Assembly: GCA_951406725.2 (NCBI GenBank)
Contig: OX597816.1
Coordinates: forward strand, 92,008,001-92,072,000
DNA length: 64,000 bases
Reading direction: 5' to 3'
DNA from: Octopus vulgaris
Taxonomy: Eukaryota
Shown: positions 26,551-40,646 of the stretch, in pieces
Layout: every line of letters begins with the position of its first letter
Position numbering within the stretch: position 1 is the first letter of the stretch
Made by a program: the position numbers and the translations under genes
Notes under the pieces: generated by a model
What the model saw: the letters and a program-made list of their open reading frames with translations, nothing else
Told to the model about the DNA's origin: nothing
Databases searched by the model: none

Positions 26551-26819
26551 TTAGATGAGGTATGGTCTAAATTCAAATAAATATTTATCGTAGCAGAAGC
26601 GAAATAGAAGACAAAACGGCCAACGAATGCAATGGTTTTGCAACGAATAGTTCCCATTAAAAAAATTAGATTCTACTTCATATCAAAGTTCACCGACATA
26701 TACACCAGGAGAAGGCTTCAAAGCGATCACTTGATCTGCTACAAATAGCCAAATCTCTCACAAACCATACCTGACAGATTTAAACAAGGCAGGACTGTAT
26801 AACATAATTCTCGATATCC

Positions 26820-27015
26820 TTTTTATCATAGGCACAAGGCTCGAAACTTTGGAGGAGGAGGGGGAGTCTAGTCGATTACATCGACCCCAGCTCTCAACTG
26901 GTAATTAGTTCATCGACTCCGAAAGGATGAAAGGCAATGTCGACGTCGGTGAAATTTGTACTCAGAACGTTAAGCCAAAAGATATGCTGCTAACGATTCT
27001 ACCCTCTCGCAGCTT
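26820..27015 (-). mobile_element. SINE family B
   Basis: GGCACAAGGC..GTCGATTACATCGACCCCAG..GAAAGGATGAAAGGC. Confidence 0.85.
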
Positions 27016-27133
27016 TATTATAGTTTTAGATATACTGTATCTAAATAATTGTTTCTAACATAAACCTGATACTTTTATCAGCATAAGCTATACATTGACT
27101 GGTACTTTTATCAACATATGCTATTCTTTAGAG

Positions 27134-27278
27134 CAGTCATGGGCAAACTGCAGGCCGCAGGATTTTACAAATGGTACACCCACGAAAAATTACCTTGAAT
27201 TTTCTCAGTAGTGTGGACTGCTTGATGATAGGCCATCTCCCATGTAGCCTACTTCTCGAAAACAGTTGTTCATGCCTG
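27134..27278. mobile_element. hAT (Charlie-like) MITE
   Basis: Left CAGTCATGGGCAAACTGCAGGCCGC, right end reverse complement CAGGCATGAACAACT. 8-bp flanks CTTTAGAG / GCTTAGAG (6/8 match) fit a hAT target-site duplication. Confidence 0.7.
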
Positions 27279-27408
27279 GCTTAGAGTTAGGTAGACTTGG
27301 GCCAGCGACAGGCAGATGAATTGTCTTCCAGGTGAAAACTAAAATAAAATGCGTTCTCGATACAATACAAGAGATCATGTTAAACATTTGTTCATTCTTC
27401 CGTGTCCC

Positions 27409-27626
27409 TATTCTTTTCTACTCTAGGCACAAGGCTCGAAATTTTTGGGGAGGGGGCCAGTCGATTAGATAGACCCCAGTACGCAACTGGTACTAAATCT
27501 ATCGACCCCGAAAAGATGAAAGGCAAAGTCGACCTCGGCAGAATTTGAACTCAGAACATAAAGACAGACGAAATACCACTAAGCATTTTGCCAGGCGTGC
27601 TTACGTTTCTACCAGCTCGCCGCCTT
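27409..27626 (-). mobile_element. SINE family B, monomer with tail B1 and 11-bp target-site duplication
   Basis: Minus strand begins AAGGCGGCGAGCTGGTAGAAACG and ends CCTAGAGTAGAAAAGAATA. TTCCGTGTCCC at 27398-27408 and 27627-27637. Confidence 0.92.
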
Positions 27627-28098
27627 TTCCGTGTCCCAATTGCTTACCGAAGTAAGCTGTCATTACCCAATAGTGCCTATTTATTAGTTATGTGGACTGA
27701 GTTAGCAAGATTTAAGGTGTCTTGGTACTGAAAATGCGTAACGCGAAAAATGTGGTGTTATGAATATTCAAGTCTTCCCAGTTTGTGAATAGAAAACACG
27801 TAGTTAAAAAAGAATGTTTATTTATTATTTTACTAACTTTATTGCCGAAGATAATTAAAATGGTGGTTCAATGGAGGTCTACAACATCGAAGTTGTAGAT
27901 CTTTATAATGAACAGTAATTAAGAGGAAACAATTGTTAATTAGAGCGTTATTCCTGAAATTCGTTACAAAATAAATGAGTGTATAATTTTCGTGATAGAT
28001 GGCTTAATTTTTTGATATATCGGTCATCTGATATAGAACTATTTCCACGTGCCAATAGAACCAAACATTCCGCAGAATCTTGTTTAGATATAAGGAGT

Positions 28099-28161
<63 letters not shown>

Positions 28162-31100
28162 ACGGAATAAGGGAGAAAAAAAAACTCTTGCGTTGTTTGT
28201 AGGAATATTTATCCGCATTTGTATGTATGTGTGTATATGTGTATGTATGAGATAGAGATAGATAGATAAAGATAGAAAAAGGAAAAGAAGTTAAGAGAAA
28301 GGTGTGTAAGAGAGAAAGAGAGATAGAGAGTGGAGATGAAAAAGAAGGAATGTAAAAGTACAAGGCGCTTTCTGGTTAGTATTCATTTTGAATGTCAGTT
28401 TTGATATACAAAACCATGATATTACCATGTCTTCCCTACTTTCCAGCATTTCGCTATCATATACATACATAGAAAAATAGATAGATAGATATATACATAC
28501 ATAGACACGCACACACACATAAACACACATATGAATATGTGTGTGTCCACACACACACACACGCGCGTACACATATATGAATATGAATGGTAAAACATCT
28601 CCTCTAAGAATTGAGAATGTATTATGTTTACATTAGTTACAATCGGCTAAATTCTGCATTAACACTGGAAACATCTGTGTAAATGCCAAAATGACGGATA
28701 TTAAAGAATCTATCCATCTAATATATAGGTTGGAAAATACTAGACCTGTTAATTGTTGTTTTTAATCTTCGCCGCAGCAGATCGTTCTGGCAACATAATG
28801 GAATTAGCCGGGAGTAATTTTGATCTTGATGCATTTCTCGAAGTGTACCATTTTCTAGTTTGTTTCATTCTTTACTAGCATGTGGAAAATGTATTTCAGT
28901 TATTTATGGTTAAATAGATTTCTTGAGGGAAAAATCTCAAACGAAATGACTACCACAATGGCCTACTGCTTAGTCACAACTTTGGCAACGTGTTTTTTCG
29001 TTCATACGTATTTGTTACTTTTTCTATTTTCAATAATAATAATAATAAAAAAAATATTGAAAAGCCCAATAGATATTACTTGCACTTGAATACTTTACTA
29101 CAAATAAACACATCATGCAGGTTTGGATATATTGTAGTTCTCAGATATTAATAAGATTATAAAATTTAAAAAGAAACATTCGCCTCTCACTTATGTGCTT
29201 CTTTGATGGAAAGTGAAAGAAATGGAGTAGTCCAATTGAATTGGTGTATCATCTCTTAAACAATCTCCCTTTTGGATACTTTAATGGGGGTGACTGTTTG
29301 AAAATACTGATAATATAATCTTTATAAGGATACAGGAAGAAGATAACATTTGTTCGATAAATAGGATGATCTACATTTACACAAGACATGTTAAACTGGA
29401 AGTTATCCGTTTTATGTATTTCCCAAAGGCATTGCGACCTAGGCAAAATGGCTTCAGCTTAGAAACGAAAGTGGCGCGTGGACATGATTATTCAGCTTCT
29501 AAACTCTATGTAGATTATGTGCTCTCTTCTATGGTCGAACATAACGCAGAATAACAAGGAATTAGGTGATTCAACAATAAAAAGCCAAAAAGCACAAAAA
29601 AAAGAAAAGTTTTCAGAGAAGAATACAGTGGAATTTCTTGTAAGTTCTTATAAGTTTCTTGACAAGCAAAAGAGTTGAACCGAAAATGCCCTTCTAAGGA
29701 AACATTGGTTAACTTATAGATTTGCTCCTGTTGCTTGCAACGGTTAGCTGTACCCATCCTTGGCACGTGTTCCAGGTAAACGAACAGGACATTTTTTTAA
29801 TCCGCGGTTGTATATTGTTCGTTCTTCTTTTACGAATCTTCACTATTCCTGGTATTTTCATGTATGATACACTATTAGTAACTATAAGAAACAGTTATTG
29901 AAATACAAGATTCACTTAAAATAACCCTCCACCAGAATCAAAGCCATAAGACAAAAAAAAAAAAATACAGCAAGACAATGAATCTCTCCCCAAACACATA
30001 AAATATGGCCTAAATTCATAAAATAATGATTATCAAATTTTGGAAACTGTAGAAACGATATGGAGTCGGAGTAAAATGCTTGTTAGTATTTAGTTTGGCA
30101 TCTCTCTTTGTTGAGTTCAAAGTAAAATCAACTTTGTCTTTCATGTTGCATTAGTCAATAAAATAAGTACCATTGATATTTTAGGCTCCTTTTGGAAATT
30201 GGTCCTTTGCCTACTCGAAAGAAATTAATTAGAAACCAAAATGAAAGTACTCGAAAGAAAGTAATACTAGTAGTATGTTTAACAAATGCACAACCCGCTG
30301 TAGAGAGTATATATTCCATAATTATCACTGGGTCATTATTGGGAGGGCCACTGGAAGATTTTGTTTTCATGTGGTGATTAAGTGAAGGAGATACGTTGGC
30401 GAAGCTTTCTCGTTATCTGCTTAATGCCGAAATAGTAGAATATATAGCAAAAGCTAACGAGAGATTCGTGAATACTACCTGAAGCGACATAAGAATTAAT
30501 TGCCTTCTTCTGACACACACACACACACACACAAACTCACACACACACACACGTTCCCTATCGGCGAACACCACATCAAACCGCACTTTTTTTTTTCGAG
30601 ATTATTAAAAAACTATTGATTTCCTTTGTTTCTCAAGTTGAAGAGGTTATAGTCGTATAAACGATTTCAGTTAAATACTGGTAATTGCTTTATCGACATC
30701 CGTAGAAAAGACGACGGGAAGTAGTAATAGCAGAAAAGGTAATAGTAGCAGTAGTAGTAGTGGTAGTGTTAGTGGTGGTGTTGGTGGCTAAGTTTATCGA
30801 AGAGGGTTTTTAACTATGAAACAGCATATAAGATGCCGTTAAAGTATCTCAGTCTAGCTCTTAAAAGTCTGTGCAGCGACCCGATCAGACTAGTTTCGAG
30901 CGGGAGCGGCGAAGACGAGATATTGAAACATATCTGATGTTCCTTCGGCACACAACTTGTACAGATTATTTACTCAGTTTAATATTTGCTTTCATAAAGG
31001 GTGTGTAATGCGTTTTAATTTAGAAGATAATCTATACAGTAAATCTCTTTGGTTTTAGTTTAGAGCTATCATATTTTACAGTTCAGTTGTTCTTCATCAG

Positions 31101-31221
31101 TTTAATATCCGGTTATATTATATTAACATTATTGCAAAGGTTTACAACTGACACAGAAAAGTAGAAACTAGATTCTAATCAAGATTTCTCAAAAATCTAT
31201 AATCACAATGCCTAAGTGTAT

Positions 31222-31275
<54 letters not shown>

Positions 31276-31398
31276 CTGTATGTATGTATATACTATACCA
31301 ACACCTATGCTCTCTACACATGTATATGTGTGTATGTGTGCATGTGTATAATATGCCAACACTCATGCATACATATGTAAACACACACACACACACAT

Positions 31399-31429
<31 letters not shown>

Positions 31430-32100
31430 CATACATATATACACACCTGTACGTACATACATATGTATATGTATGCGCACACATATCACATACAAAAACG
31501 TACACAAATACTAATAATGTGTATATTAAACTTTCGTTATCTACTCTTTATAGCTCGCCAACTATTTACATACACAATTACATACATATGCGCCCACGCA
31601 CCGATGGAAATACACATGTATACAACATGCGCAAGTGCGCGCGCACACATATACACATTTTCAATGTAAAAGCGCTAAATAATTTATAATTGTTAGTGTC
31701 GATGGTGCAGGGAACCAAATGTCTGTTTATCTTATCCAATCATGATTTGGTTTAGTTGTTTCTGCAACGGTTAATTTCCTTTTGTCTTTTACGTTATACG
31801 CTTGAAAGGAATTGTTCTACGAGTTAGTTTTCTAACGAAGTTTGTAATTGTTTTTGTTTGGGGGTGGCTCCTGGGTAGTTAAAATTCATCATTAATGCTC
31901 AATGTATTTCGTCTCTGAGACCAGCTAATTGATCTCTAGCATAAAGTAATTTTCGTGGTGCTCAATAGACAAAGGGACACTTTCTTTTATAGGAGAAGTA
32001 TATTTCATTATAGGTTTGTTACCAAAGAAAATACCCCGACAGAAAGTTTAAAATTGAAGGTTGGGATATATTATTAAAATTTCTATCAAACATAGTGCAT

Positions 32101-32280
32101 AGGCGTGTGTGTGTGTGGTAAGAGGTTTGCCTCTCTGCCATGCGGTTTCGGAATCAGTCCCACAGTCCCACTTTGTGGCACCTTGGGCAAGTGTCTTCTA
32201 CTGTAGCACCGAACAGAATCTTGTGAATGAATTTGGTAGACGAAAACTGAAAGAAGCACGCCATGTATCCGCGCGGATGT

Positions 32281-32361
<81 letters not shown>

Positions 32362-32490
32362 CGTGCGTGCGTGTGAATGTGTTTATATGAGTGTGTGTGC
32401 GTCTTTGTGTTTGTCCTTCACCGGTGTTGGTTTGTTTATGTAGCTGTGACATATTGGTTATGCATGAGACAAAAAGGTCGCTTATTCTGT
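32101..32490 (+). mobile_element. SINE family A, decayed, central (TG)n
   Basis: GGCACCTTGGGCAAGTGTCTTCTACT and TTTGGTAGACGAAAACTGAAAGAAGC. Confidence 0.8.
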
Positions 32491-33011
32491 CAGAAATAAC
32501 AATGAAAGCTCTCTCGAAGTTAAACCTAATCATCTTAAAATGACAGTAATATATTGGATAGTGTAATATTGATGATTCAAATGCCCAGAAAAAATACAGG
32601 ATCGCTACGACAGGATCGCCACGACAGGAACGTCTTCGATCACAGGTCGGCTTAGTCAAAGTTAACCTAGGGCAAAACTACAGCATCAATCAGCCAACAA
32701 CACTCATGGGATGATATAAAAGCTATAGTGATAAGTACAGCATATACTTCTACATGAGCGGATATACTTTTACACTTGGTAGATACACCTGGATTGTTTA
32801 TCATCGCTTTTCTAGGTAACTAAGTTATAAATTGTGGTGGTGGTGATGGTGATGGTAATAATGAGGTGGAGGTCGTGATACACGAAAGTTTCTGACGTCA
32901 TTCGCACGCAAGTACGGCTTCGTATTGTGTACCATGTTTTCGCAAATTGTTTTAGGTGGTCCTCGGTCCGCTTACCCTTGACGTAACAGAGTTTCCAAGA
33001 TTCAATAGTTG

Positions 33012-33074
<63 letters not shown>

Positions 33075-35140
33075 AGGGTAAGAGAGGGGGTAGAGGAGAG
33101 AGAGAGAGAGAGTGAGAAAGAGAGAGAGCGGGGATCTGCATCAGAAGTCAACTATTTCTCACTTTCAGCAGAGTAGACTGGAACAAGGGAAAATAAGTGC
33201 CTTGTTCAACAAGATACACTGCCCCGCTCAAAAGCCGAACCGACGATATTACGATCGTGATCACGATTTTCCAGCAATTAGGCCATCCGACTTCCCATCA
33301 TTCCTATAAATATTAAAAAAATCGTTCTGCAGGACGTGTTGTAACTCACTGGCAGACATGACTGATCGAGAAGAAACTCTACTCTGCGATCATCATCAGC
33401 ATCATCAACATTAACAATACCCCTTGAACGTTACTGTCATAGGGCCAGTTAACCGGTTTCCATGGCGTAAAAAGAGACCCAGGTCACAATATTTCTCCTG
33501 GAGGATATGCCTGTACATCGAAGGGTTACTCATTTACAGCCGACTGGACAGGAGACCAACATAACGCATCACTTGGTCCATGAATCAAAACCCGTAATCT
33601 TGCAATTGTGGGCTGAGCAGCCTGACCACCAGGCGGCCAGTCTACAATGCTGCTTTATTCCGCATTGAAATAACATATTTGTTCTACAGCTGAAATATCA
33701 TAAATACAAGACTATGCAACACATCTCCCTTTTACACTAGTCTGAACTCATCTATTACAGGCAACTGAAAACTTTGTCGAACATATATCTATGAATATAA
33801 TAGCCATGAAAACAGATATAGGAGATTTAATATTTGGATATATTATTGATTTATAGAAGTCTGTTCGGCTGGTTATAAAGTCAACATTCAATAGATGCTG
33901 CAACATCCGAAAGAAGAATTATTGAGAAAAAACAAGCCAGACCAAACCCAATGCTTCCTAACTGACTGATCCATAGTAAAATAGGTTGTTGTTGTTGTTG
34001 TTATTGTTGTCATTACAAAAAAAAAAAACTGAACAAAACGAAAAACTTAGATAAATGAGATTTAGAAACAATCTGATAGCTACAGTTAGGCACACACATA
34101 CACATTTAATGCAATGTGCATTAGAAATTTACCTCTAACGAAAAATACATACATACATACATACGTACATACATACATACATGCAGACATATTTCAATAT
34201 GTATATGTGTGCATGTGCGTGTATACATCTATATATGTATATATATATATTATTATTCTGATGCATATTTGCCACATAAATGTGGCTAACCACTAAGGGT
34301 GGATGCTACTGTAGCTTGTAGCCCCAAGAGAACATCTTCTCCAGCTGTCTGTTGACACACTTTCTGTGCCCTATCAGTATTTGCAAAGGGGAGCCATCTT
34401 ACGTTCAGAGATTTATATATATATTATTATTATTATTATTATTATATTACATATATATGAATATATATATATATTTTCCTCTCTCTTTCTATCTCTATCT
34501 CTCGATATATCTATATGTACAGTTATTTTAGAAATGACAGCGCTCTAGCAGTTTAATTGGGTGTTAGAGTTTCGTTACATAACACTTGGTGAATTGGTTC
34601 TTCCTAATTCGTAATCAGAAAAAAAAAAAAGAAATATATCAATTGTATGTTAGGCTCACTTCTTTCTGGAAAACAGATAGTAACAGGAAGTTATATGCTG
34701 TTCTTTCTTGAGAATGTGAGTTGTAAATTCATATCGGAGAGAACTTATCGACACTTCCGACGCATGCGCACCCCAATATACAAATACTTATGTATAGGCA
34801 GATATGTGTATGAGTGGAAATATATATGTATATTGATCTATTGATTGATTGCTCTGAATCATTTGTTCATTCGTATGCAGAAATCCAGCTAGTTCGCTAT
34901 CTGCAAATAAACTGCAAATTGCATGCAAGTACACAAAATAGAGAATACATTTACAATGCACATGTCTCTTCGTATTAAACCGGCAGAATACACAATACAC
35001 ATTTACTTTGCGTACTATATAAACGTATCACACCCGTTTCCACACACATCAGCATGTCTGTACACATGCGCACATCCACATACATGCGCACATCTTCACA
35101 AATACATGTATTCTCAGACAGACAGACACACACATACACA

Positions 35141-35227
<87 letters not shown>

Positions 35228-35356
35228 ATATCCCTCTGTAAACATCCAGAAGTAATCCAGCAATAAAATATATGTATATATATGCAAATATGCATATATG
35301 TATGTTTATATATCTATACTATAATGGAATATATTATATATATGTGTGCATATGTA

Positions 35357-35403
<47 letters not shown>

Positions 35404-36531
35404 ATATAATAAATATATGTATATATATATGTATACATATATCTATATGCGTATATATGTATGTATGTATATATAATAAATATATGTATATATATATATG
35501 TATACATATATATATATGCGCATATATGTATATGTGTGTATGTACACACACACATATATATATATACATTCATATATAGGAAAACATACGTATACCTATG
35601 TGTTTACATAGCAAAACTTTGCAAAATATGCACACGCATCATTTTGCATTGTTCTTAAAATGATTTGATCATGTAGCTAAGAATGTTTGAACTTGTACCT
35701 CAACTGCAATTCATTTTGTTCTTGGAAGATCAAGTTATTTCTATAACGACTCGCTGTATCTATGCCATTAACTAAAATAATCAAATATTTTGAACTTGTA
35801 TTCTTGAATTCAAATCTAACGCCATGGTTACGTTACTTTTTCCTAATCTTCTAACTCTAATGAAAAAACAAAAAACAAAACAAAAACAAGAGTAGCAATG
35901 ACTACCAGCAGAAGTTGTAACAGCAACGGTGGCAGTAGAAGCAACTGCTGCACAATAAGCAGCAGTAGCAGTAACTTAACTATCAGCAGCTAAAAATAGC
36001 CAACGGCCCTTCAAATCTCTTTGCAGTGTCTTGCATAAAGGAAGACATTAATTAATGTGGTTCTATGTATCACTAAAACAAGGGAATTAGTTATAGTTGG
36101 AATGTCATAACTATCAAAGGTCTTAATTATAAAGGAACCTGCAACCAAAAAGTTTCGAGATCAGTTCAACTGAACTGCGAGATACCTTGGACAAGACTCT
36201 TCTGCTATAACTTTATGTTTCGGGCCAACCAATATATATATATAAGAATTTTTTGCGTAATAAGATAAAAAACCAAGGCTGTATAGATATTAGAGCATTT
36301 ATAGATAGGTCTTAGACGGTGTGAGAGGAAAATTAAATCATAATTAGTTTTAGATGGGCTATCTATAGCACTTATTCAGTATTACCTGACACCTTTGGGT
36401 CTCAATGACACCATTATCACTTATAACCTATATATATGTATGTATGTACACACAAACACAGACACACACACACATACATGTATATACACATATATATATT
36501 TTATCTATATGTATGTATGTATCTATTTGTG

Positions 36532-36624
<93 letters not shown>

Positions 36625-36644
36625 GTGTGTGTGTTGTGTGTGTG

Positions 36645-36865
36645 AATCTCTGTCTCTGAATTTGCCCTTCCCACCGCCACTGCTCGACAACTGGTGTTGA
36701 TTTGTTTACGTTCCCGTAAGCTAGCGGTTCCGCAAAAGAGACTGTCAGAAACGACTTAAACACTTAAAAAAAATAAAGAAAAAAAAAGAAAAAAAGAAAA
36801 AAAAAACCGAGGTACTAAAATCCACCAAGGAGGTATCAATGGCTGAAGCAAGTAAAAGATAAAAG
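36645..36865 (+). mobile_element. SINE family A, 3' half
   Basis: GCTCGACAACTGGTGTTG..GTTTACGTTCCCGTAAGCTAGCGGTTC..GCAAGTAAAAGATAAAAG. Confidence 0.7.
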
Positions 36866-37130
36866 ACGAAAAAACAGCTGCGCCACCTGCAGTTTAAGTC
36901 ATATAATTTATTGTTTTCCACAAAGAAGACGCTAGTTATCCTAACTCCAGATATTTAAATAAGCAACGGCATGGTCATATCTAGAAGATCTTTGAGAATG
37001 TATGTCACCAACCTTTCATTTATGTATTTTTGTTTCTCTTTCCGTCATTGTTTTCAAACCGAAACGCGATTAAATTGAGTGAGCGATAGTAATTGTTAGA
37101 ATACTTGCTTACATGCACACGCAGCGATTC

Positions 37131-37330
37131 TTATTTCTTCATAGCCCACAAGGAGCTACACACAGAGGGGACAAACAAGGACAGACAAATAGATTAAGTC
37201 GATTATATCGACCCCAGTGCGTAACTGGTACTTATTTAATCGACTCCGAAAGGTTGAAAGGCAAAGTCGACCTCGGCGGAATTTGAACTCAGAACGTAAC
37301 GGCAGACGTAATACCTATTTCTTTACTACT
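37131..37330 (-). mobile_element. SINE family B2, permuted tail-body-tail fragment
   Basis: The tail motif TATTTCTTyAyTA occurs at both 37132 and 37316, around one body. Confidence 0.85.
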
Positions 37331-38334
37331 ATTTTAATGCCTTATTAATTAACACACCGGTTCGATTTCCACTCATTCACTTATTTATTTTGTGTGTGTA
37401 TGTAAGTGTGTGTTTGTGTGTGTATGTGCGTGTATCTGTTTGTGTGGTATTGTGTGGTGGTGGTGTGTGTGGGTGTGTGTGTATGTTTGTGTGCGTGCGT
37501 GTGTTTATAAGTCGACACAGTTTCCGAGTACTGAATTTAATTTAGTTTCAAGTATTGGGCAACCTGACTTTATAAAAAAAGACAAAAATGGAAATAGTAA
37601 AAAAAAAAAAAACGAAAAAAAAACCCGCCCACAGACTTGCCTAAGTTGTCGTTCAGTAGGATCGAAACCGGGACTGCATAGTTGCAAAAATAACTGCCTA
37701 GTCACAGAGGCATCCTTGCACTTATACTGAATTATTTATAGGGAAATCTATTTTTTTATTTACATAACCCACATTTATTAATATTGATAGAACAACGTTT
37801 TTACTCTAAGTTATATAATTGGACAGATATGTGCAGTTTGAAGCAATATCGATAGACTGCAGCCGTTTCTCATTGTTCGTGTTATCATTCATTATCACTC
37901 TATGTCTTTTCTGTTTGATCGGCCTGAATCATTTGCCGAAAAGATATTGAATCCATTCTGCACCAGTAGCCAGGCTGTCTATTTACTCATTGATCGACAA
38001 AGAACTGGCTGGTTATTCACTAAAGTCTAGAAACGTCTCAAGTTTTACTAACTGTAGGGCAGCAGCATCTCGTCATAGTCAGTATCGCCAAATATTAATA
38101 GCTCTTAGCAAATCATAATGTGGAACCTATATTACTACCAACACGACTGGCATCACTATCACTTTCACTTTCACAATCACTCTTACCGTTTCCATCGACA
38201 TCTTCTGTATTTCTCTTTCTATGCGTTGCCCGTTTTTACCACTAGTTTCTTGGAAACCGGCTTTTTACATGAGTGAAACGGGTCTAACTTAGCCCGTATT
38301 ATCATCAGCCATGCTTAAATAGAAGCAGAATATA

Positions 38335-38663
38335 ATGCCACCACCACCACCACCACCACCACCACCACCATCACCACTATCACCACCACTACGCCACCAC
38401 TACCGCCGTCACCTCCACATCGTCACCTCCACACCGCCGTCGCCACCTCCACACCGCCGTCGCCACCTCCACACCGCCGTCGCCACCGCCGTCGCCACCG
38501 CCGTCGCCACCGCCGTCGCCACCGCCGTCGCCACCGCCGTCGCCACCGCCGTCGCCACCGCCGTCGCCACCGCCGTCGCCACCGCCGTCGCCACTGCCGT
38601 CGCCACCGCTGTCGCCACCGCCGTCGCCACCGCCGCCGCCACCGCCGCCGCCACCGCCGCCGC

Positions 38664-38694
<31 letters not shown>

Positions 38695-38715
38695 ACCACC
38701 ACCACCACCACAACC
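38335..38715. repeat. GC-rich compound repeat: (CCA)n grading into ~13 copies of the 12-mer ACCGCCGTCGCC, then (GCC)n/(ACC)n
   Basis: Read directly; the 12-mer array spans about 38473-38629. Confidence 0.92.
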
Positions 38716-39834
38716 AACTCACACGCTATCAAACTCAAAGAAGGGAAGCACTGCATTTGATAATGCAATTTTAAGTATTCTTTAAAAAAGAACAACAGCA
38801 GCAACAGAAACAACAATAACAACAAGAATAATAATGAGACGGGGAGGTCACGGTTGCAGTGCTTTTGATTGTAGGTTCGTTCAATCAGATTTGACAGCAG
38901 TAGTGGGATAAACAACACCATTTATCATTATTATCAGAAGCAGCGTTAACGACAGCTAAAATATTAATAAAACAAATATGGTAAACAGTAAATGGAATCC
39001 CTTCAAATTAAGGCGACAATTCTTAAACATTAATATCCCAGGTGATTCCAAGAACATGAAGCACTTTCCCTTGTTCTCCTTTTTTCTATATTTTGCTAAG
39101 TTTTTACCAAATTGCTCGACATCCAATATTCATCAAATAAGCAATATGTGGCATTCAAGTCCAGCAGCAGCTCTATAGGGGGTAGTTAAAACCCTAGAAA
39201 CACTAAGAAATGAAAAGGTATACTGAATACACGGCACAAAAGAGGAGGAGATTGTATGAGGCTTGTCTACACAAAATTGATATTGCTTTGGTGGCACAAC
39301 AACGACATTGCATGGTGGCACAACAACGACATTGCATGGTGGCTATTTATTACACTATTGTATGACTGAGCGCCCTCGCGTCGATCCGATTCGTTTTCGT
39401 TTCGTTTCATCTCCTCCAAGTAAGTTTTGTTATTTATAATTGTGACGCGAATCTCTACAACTCTTTGCTTGACCTTCTCTTCCTTCCCTATCTCTCTCTC
39501 TCTCTCACTCCTCCTCATCTCTCTCTCACAGCCGCTTGTCTTCCTCTATCTTTCTCTCCCTACTCCTCCTCATCTCTTTCACAGCCGGGCGAGTTTGCTT
39601 CCTTTCGCCGCTGGCATTCAAACAGTGAACACTGTTCTTCTAACGCTCTTACAATCTTTCCTCGTGTAGGCCAGCATTAAGGCCCTCATTGTCTGTTTTC
39701 TTGTTTGTTTTATTTCTTGTACTGTATTTTTCGTACTTGTAATTTTATTCTGTATTTTTATTTTTTGTATTTTTAATCCGTATTTTATTTTATTTGTATA
39801 ATTTTTTTATCACATGTTTAACTTTCCTTGTTTT

Positions 39835-40075
39835 CACCCCTCTGCGAAGTAATTTTTTAAAATTCCCTCGCAGGAAGGACTACTTCCACGAGTCGTGTTC
39901 TGTCCAACCTTCGAAACACGCTAGAGTTGAACTAGGGACAGCTGATGAAGGGGATTTTTCCTTGTGTAGTTTGTCTTGTACTCTGTTTTTTTCGTTTAGG
40001 TCCGTTTCCACGTTTGTTTTTACGCTTTCGTTTCTCGTTGAGTTCTACGTCTATTTGTGGTGTCCTGTACTTACG
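39835..40075 (+). mobile_element. Penelope-like terminal-repeat fragment, family 3
   Basis: Tail TTTCGTTTCTCgTTGaGTTCtACGT...GGTGTCCTGTAC is shared with 4630-4680 (reverse). Ends in a TA-rich tract and contains hammerhead core motifs. Confidence 0.55.
39894..39953 (+). ncRNA. Candidate hammerhead ribozyme with pseudoknotted (non-circularly permuted) strand order
   Basis: CGTG-T-T-CTGTCC (39894-39905), then CTTC-GAAA-CACG (39909-39920), then GGACAG-CTGATGA-A-GGGG (39936-39953). Stem I 6 bp and stem III 5 bp are perfect; stem II is 4 bp with two G-U pairs. Confidence 0.55.
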
Positions 40076-40188
40076 TATATATATTTATATATGCATGTAT
40101 ATATACATGTAGATGTAGGTACGTACATATATGTATGTATGCATATATTTTATTTATTACACTATATATATATATATATATATATATA

Positions 40189-40361
40189 CTCTCTTTTACT
40201 TGTTTCAGTCATTTGACTGTGACCATGCTGGAGCACCGCCTTTAGTCGAGCAAATCGACCCCAGGACTTATTCTTTGTAAGCCTAGTACTTATTCTATCG
40301 GTTCTTTTGCCGAGCTGCTAAGTAACAGGGACAAACACAGAGACACAAACAATTACACACC

Positions 40362-40406
<45 letters not shown>

Positions 40407-40550
40407 GACGGGCTTCTTTCAGTTTCCGTCTACCAAATCCACTCGCAAGGCTTTGGTCGGTCCGAGGTTTTAGTAGTAGACACTTGCCCAAGATGCCACG
40501 CAGTGGGACTGAACCCGGAGCCAGCTACTTACAACACAGCCTCTCCTGCG

Positions 40551-40553
<3 letters not shown>
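40189..40553 (-). mobile_element. SINE family A with internal deletions
   Basis: Close reverse match to 3837-4324. Confidence 0.9.

Positions 40554-40646
<93 letters not shown>

Noticed and set aside
36245-36430. TA-flanked block with faint hammerhead resemblance on the minus strand
   Set aside because: Both core segments are too degenerate.
39290-39343. 24-bp tandem duplication (similar short duplications at ~47262 and ~61751)
   Set aside because: Two-copy local slippage with no spacers. Not a CRISPR array or other organised repeat.
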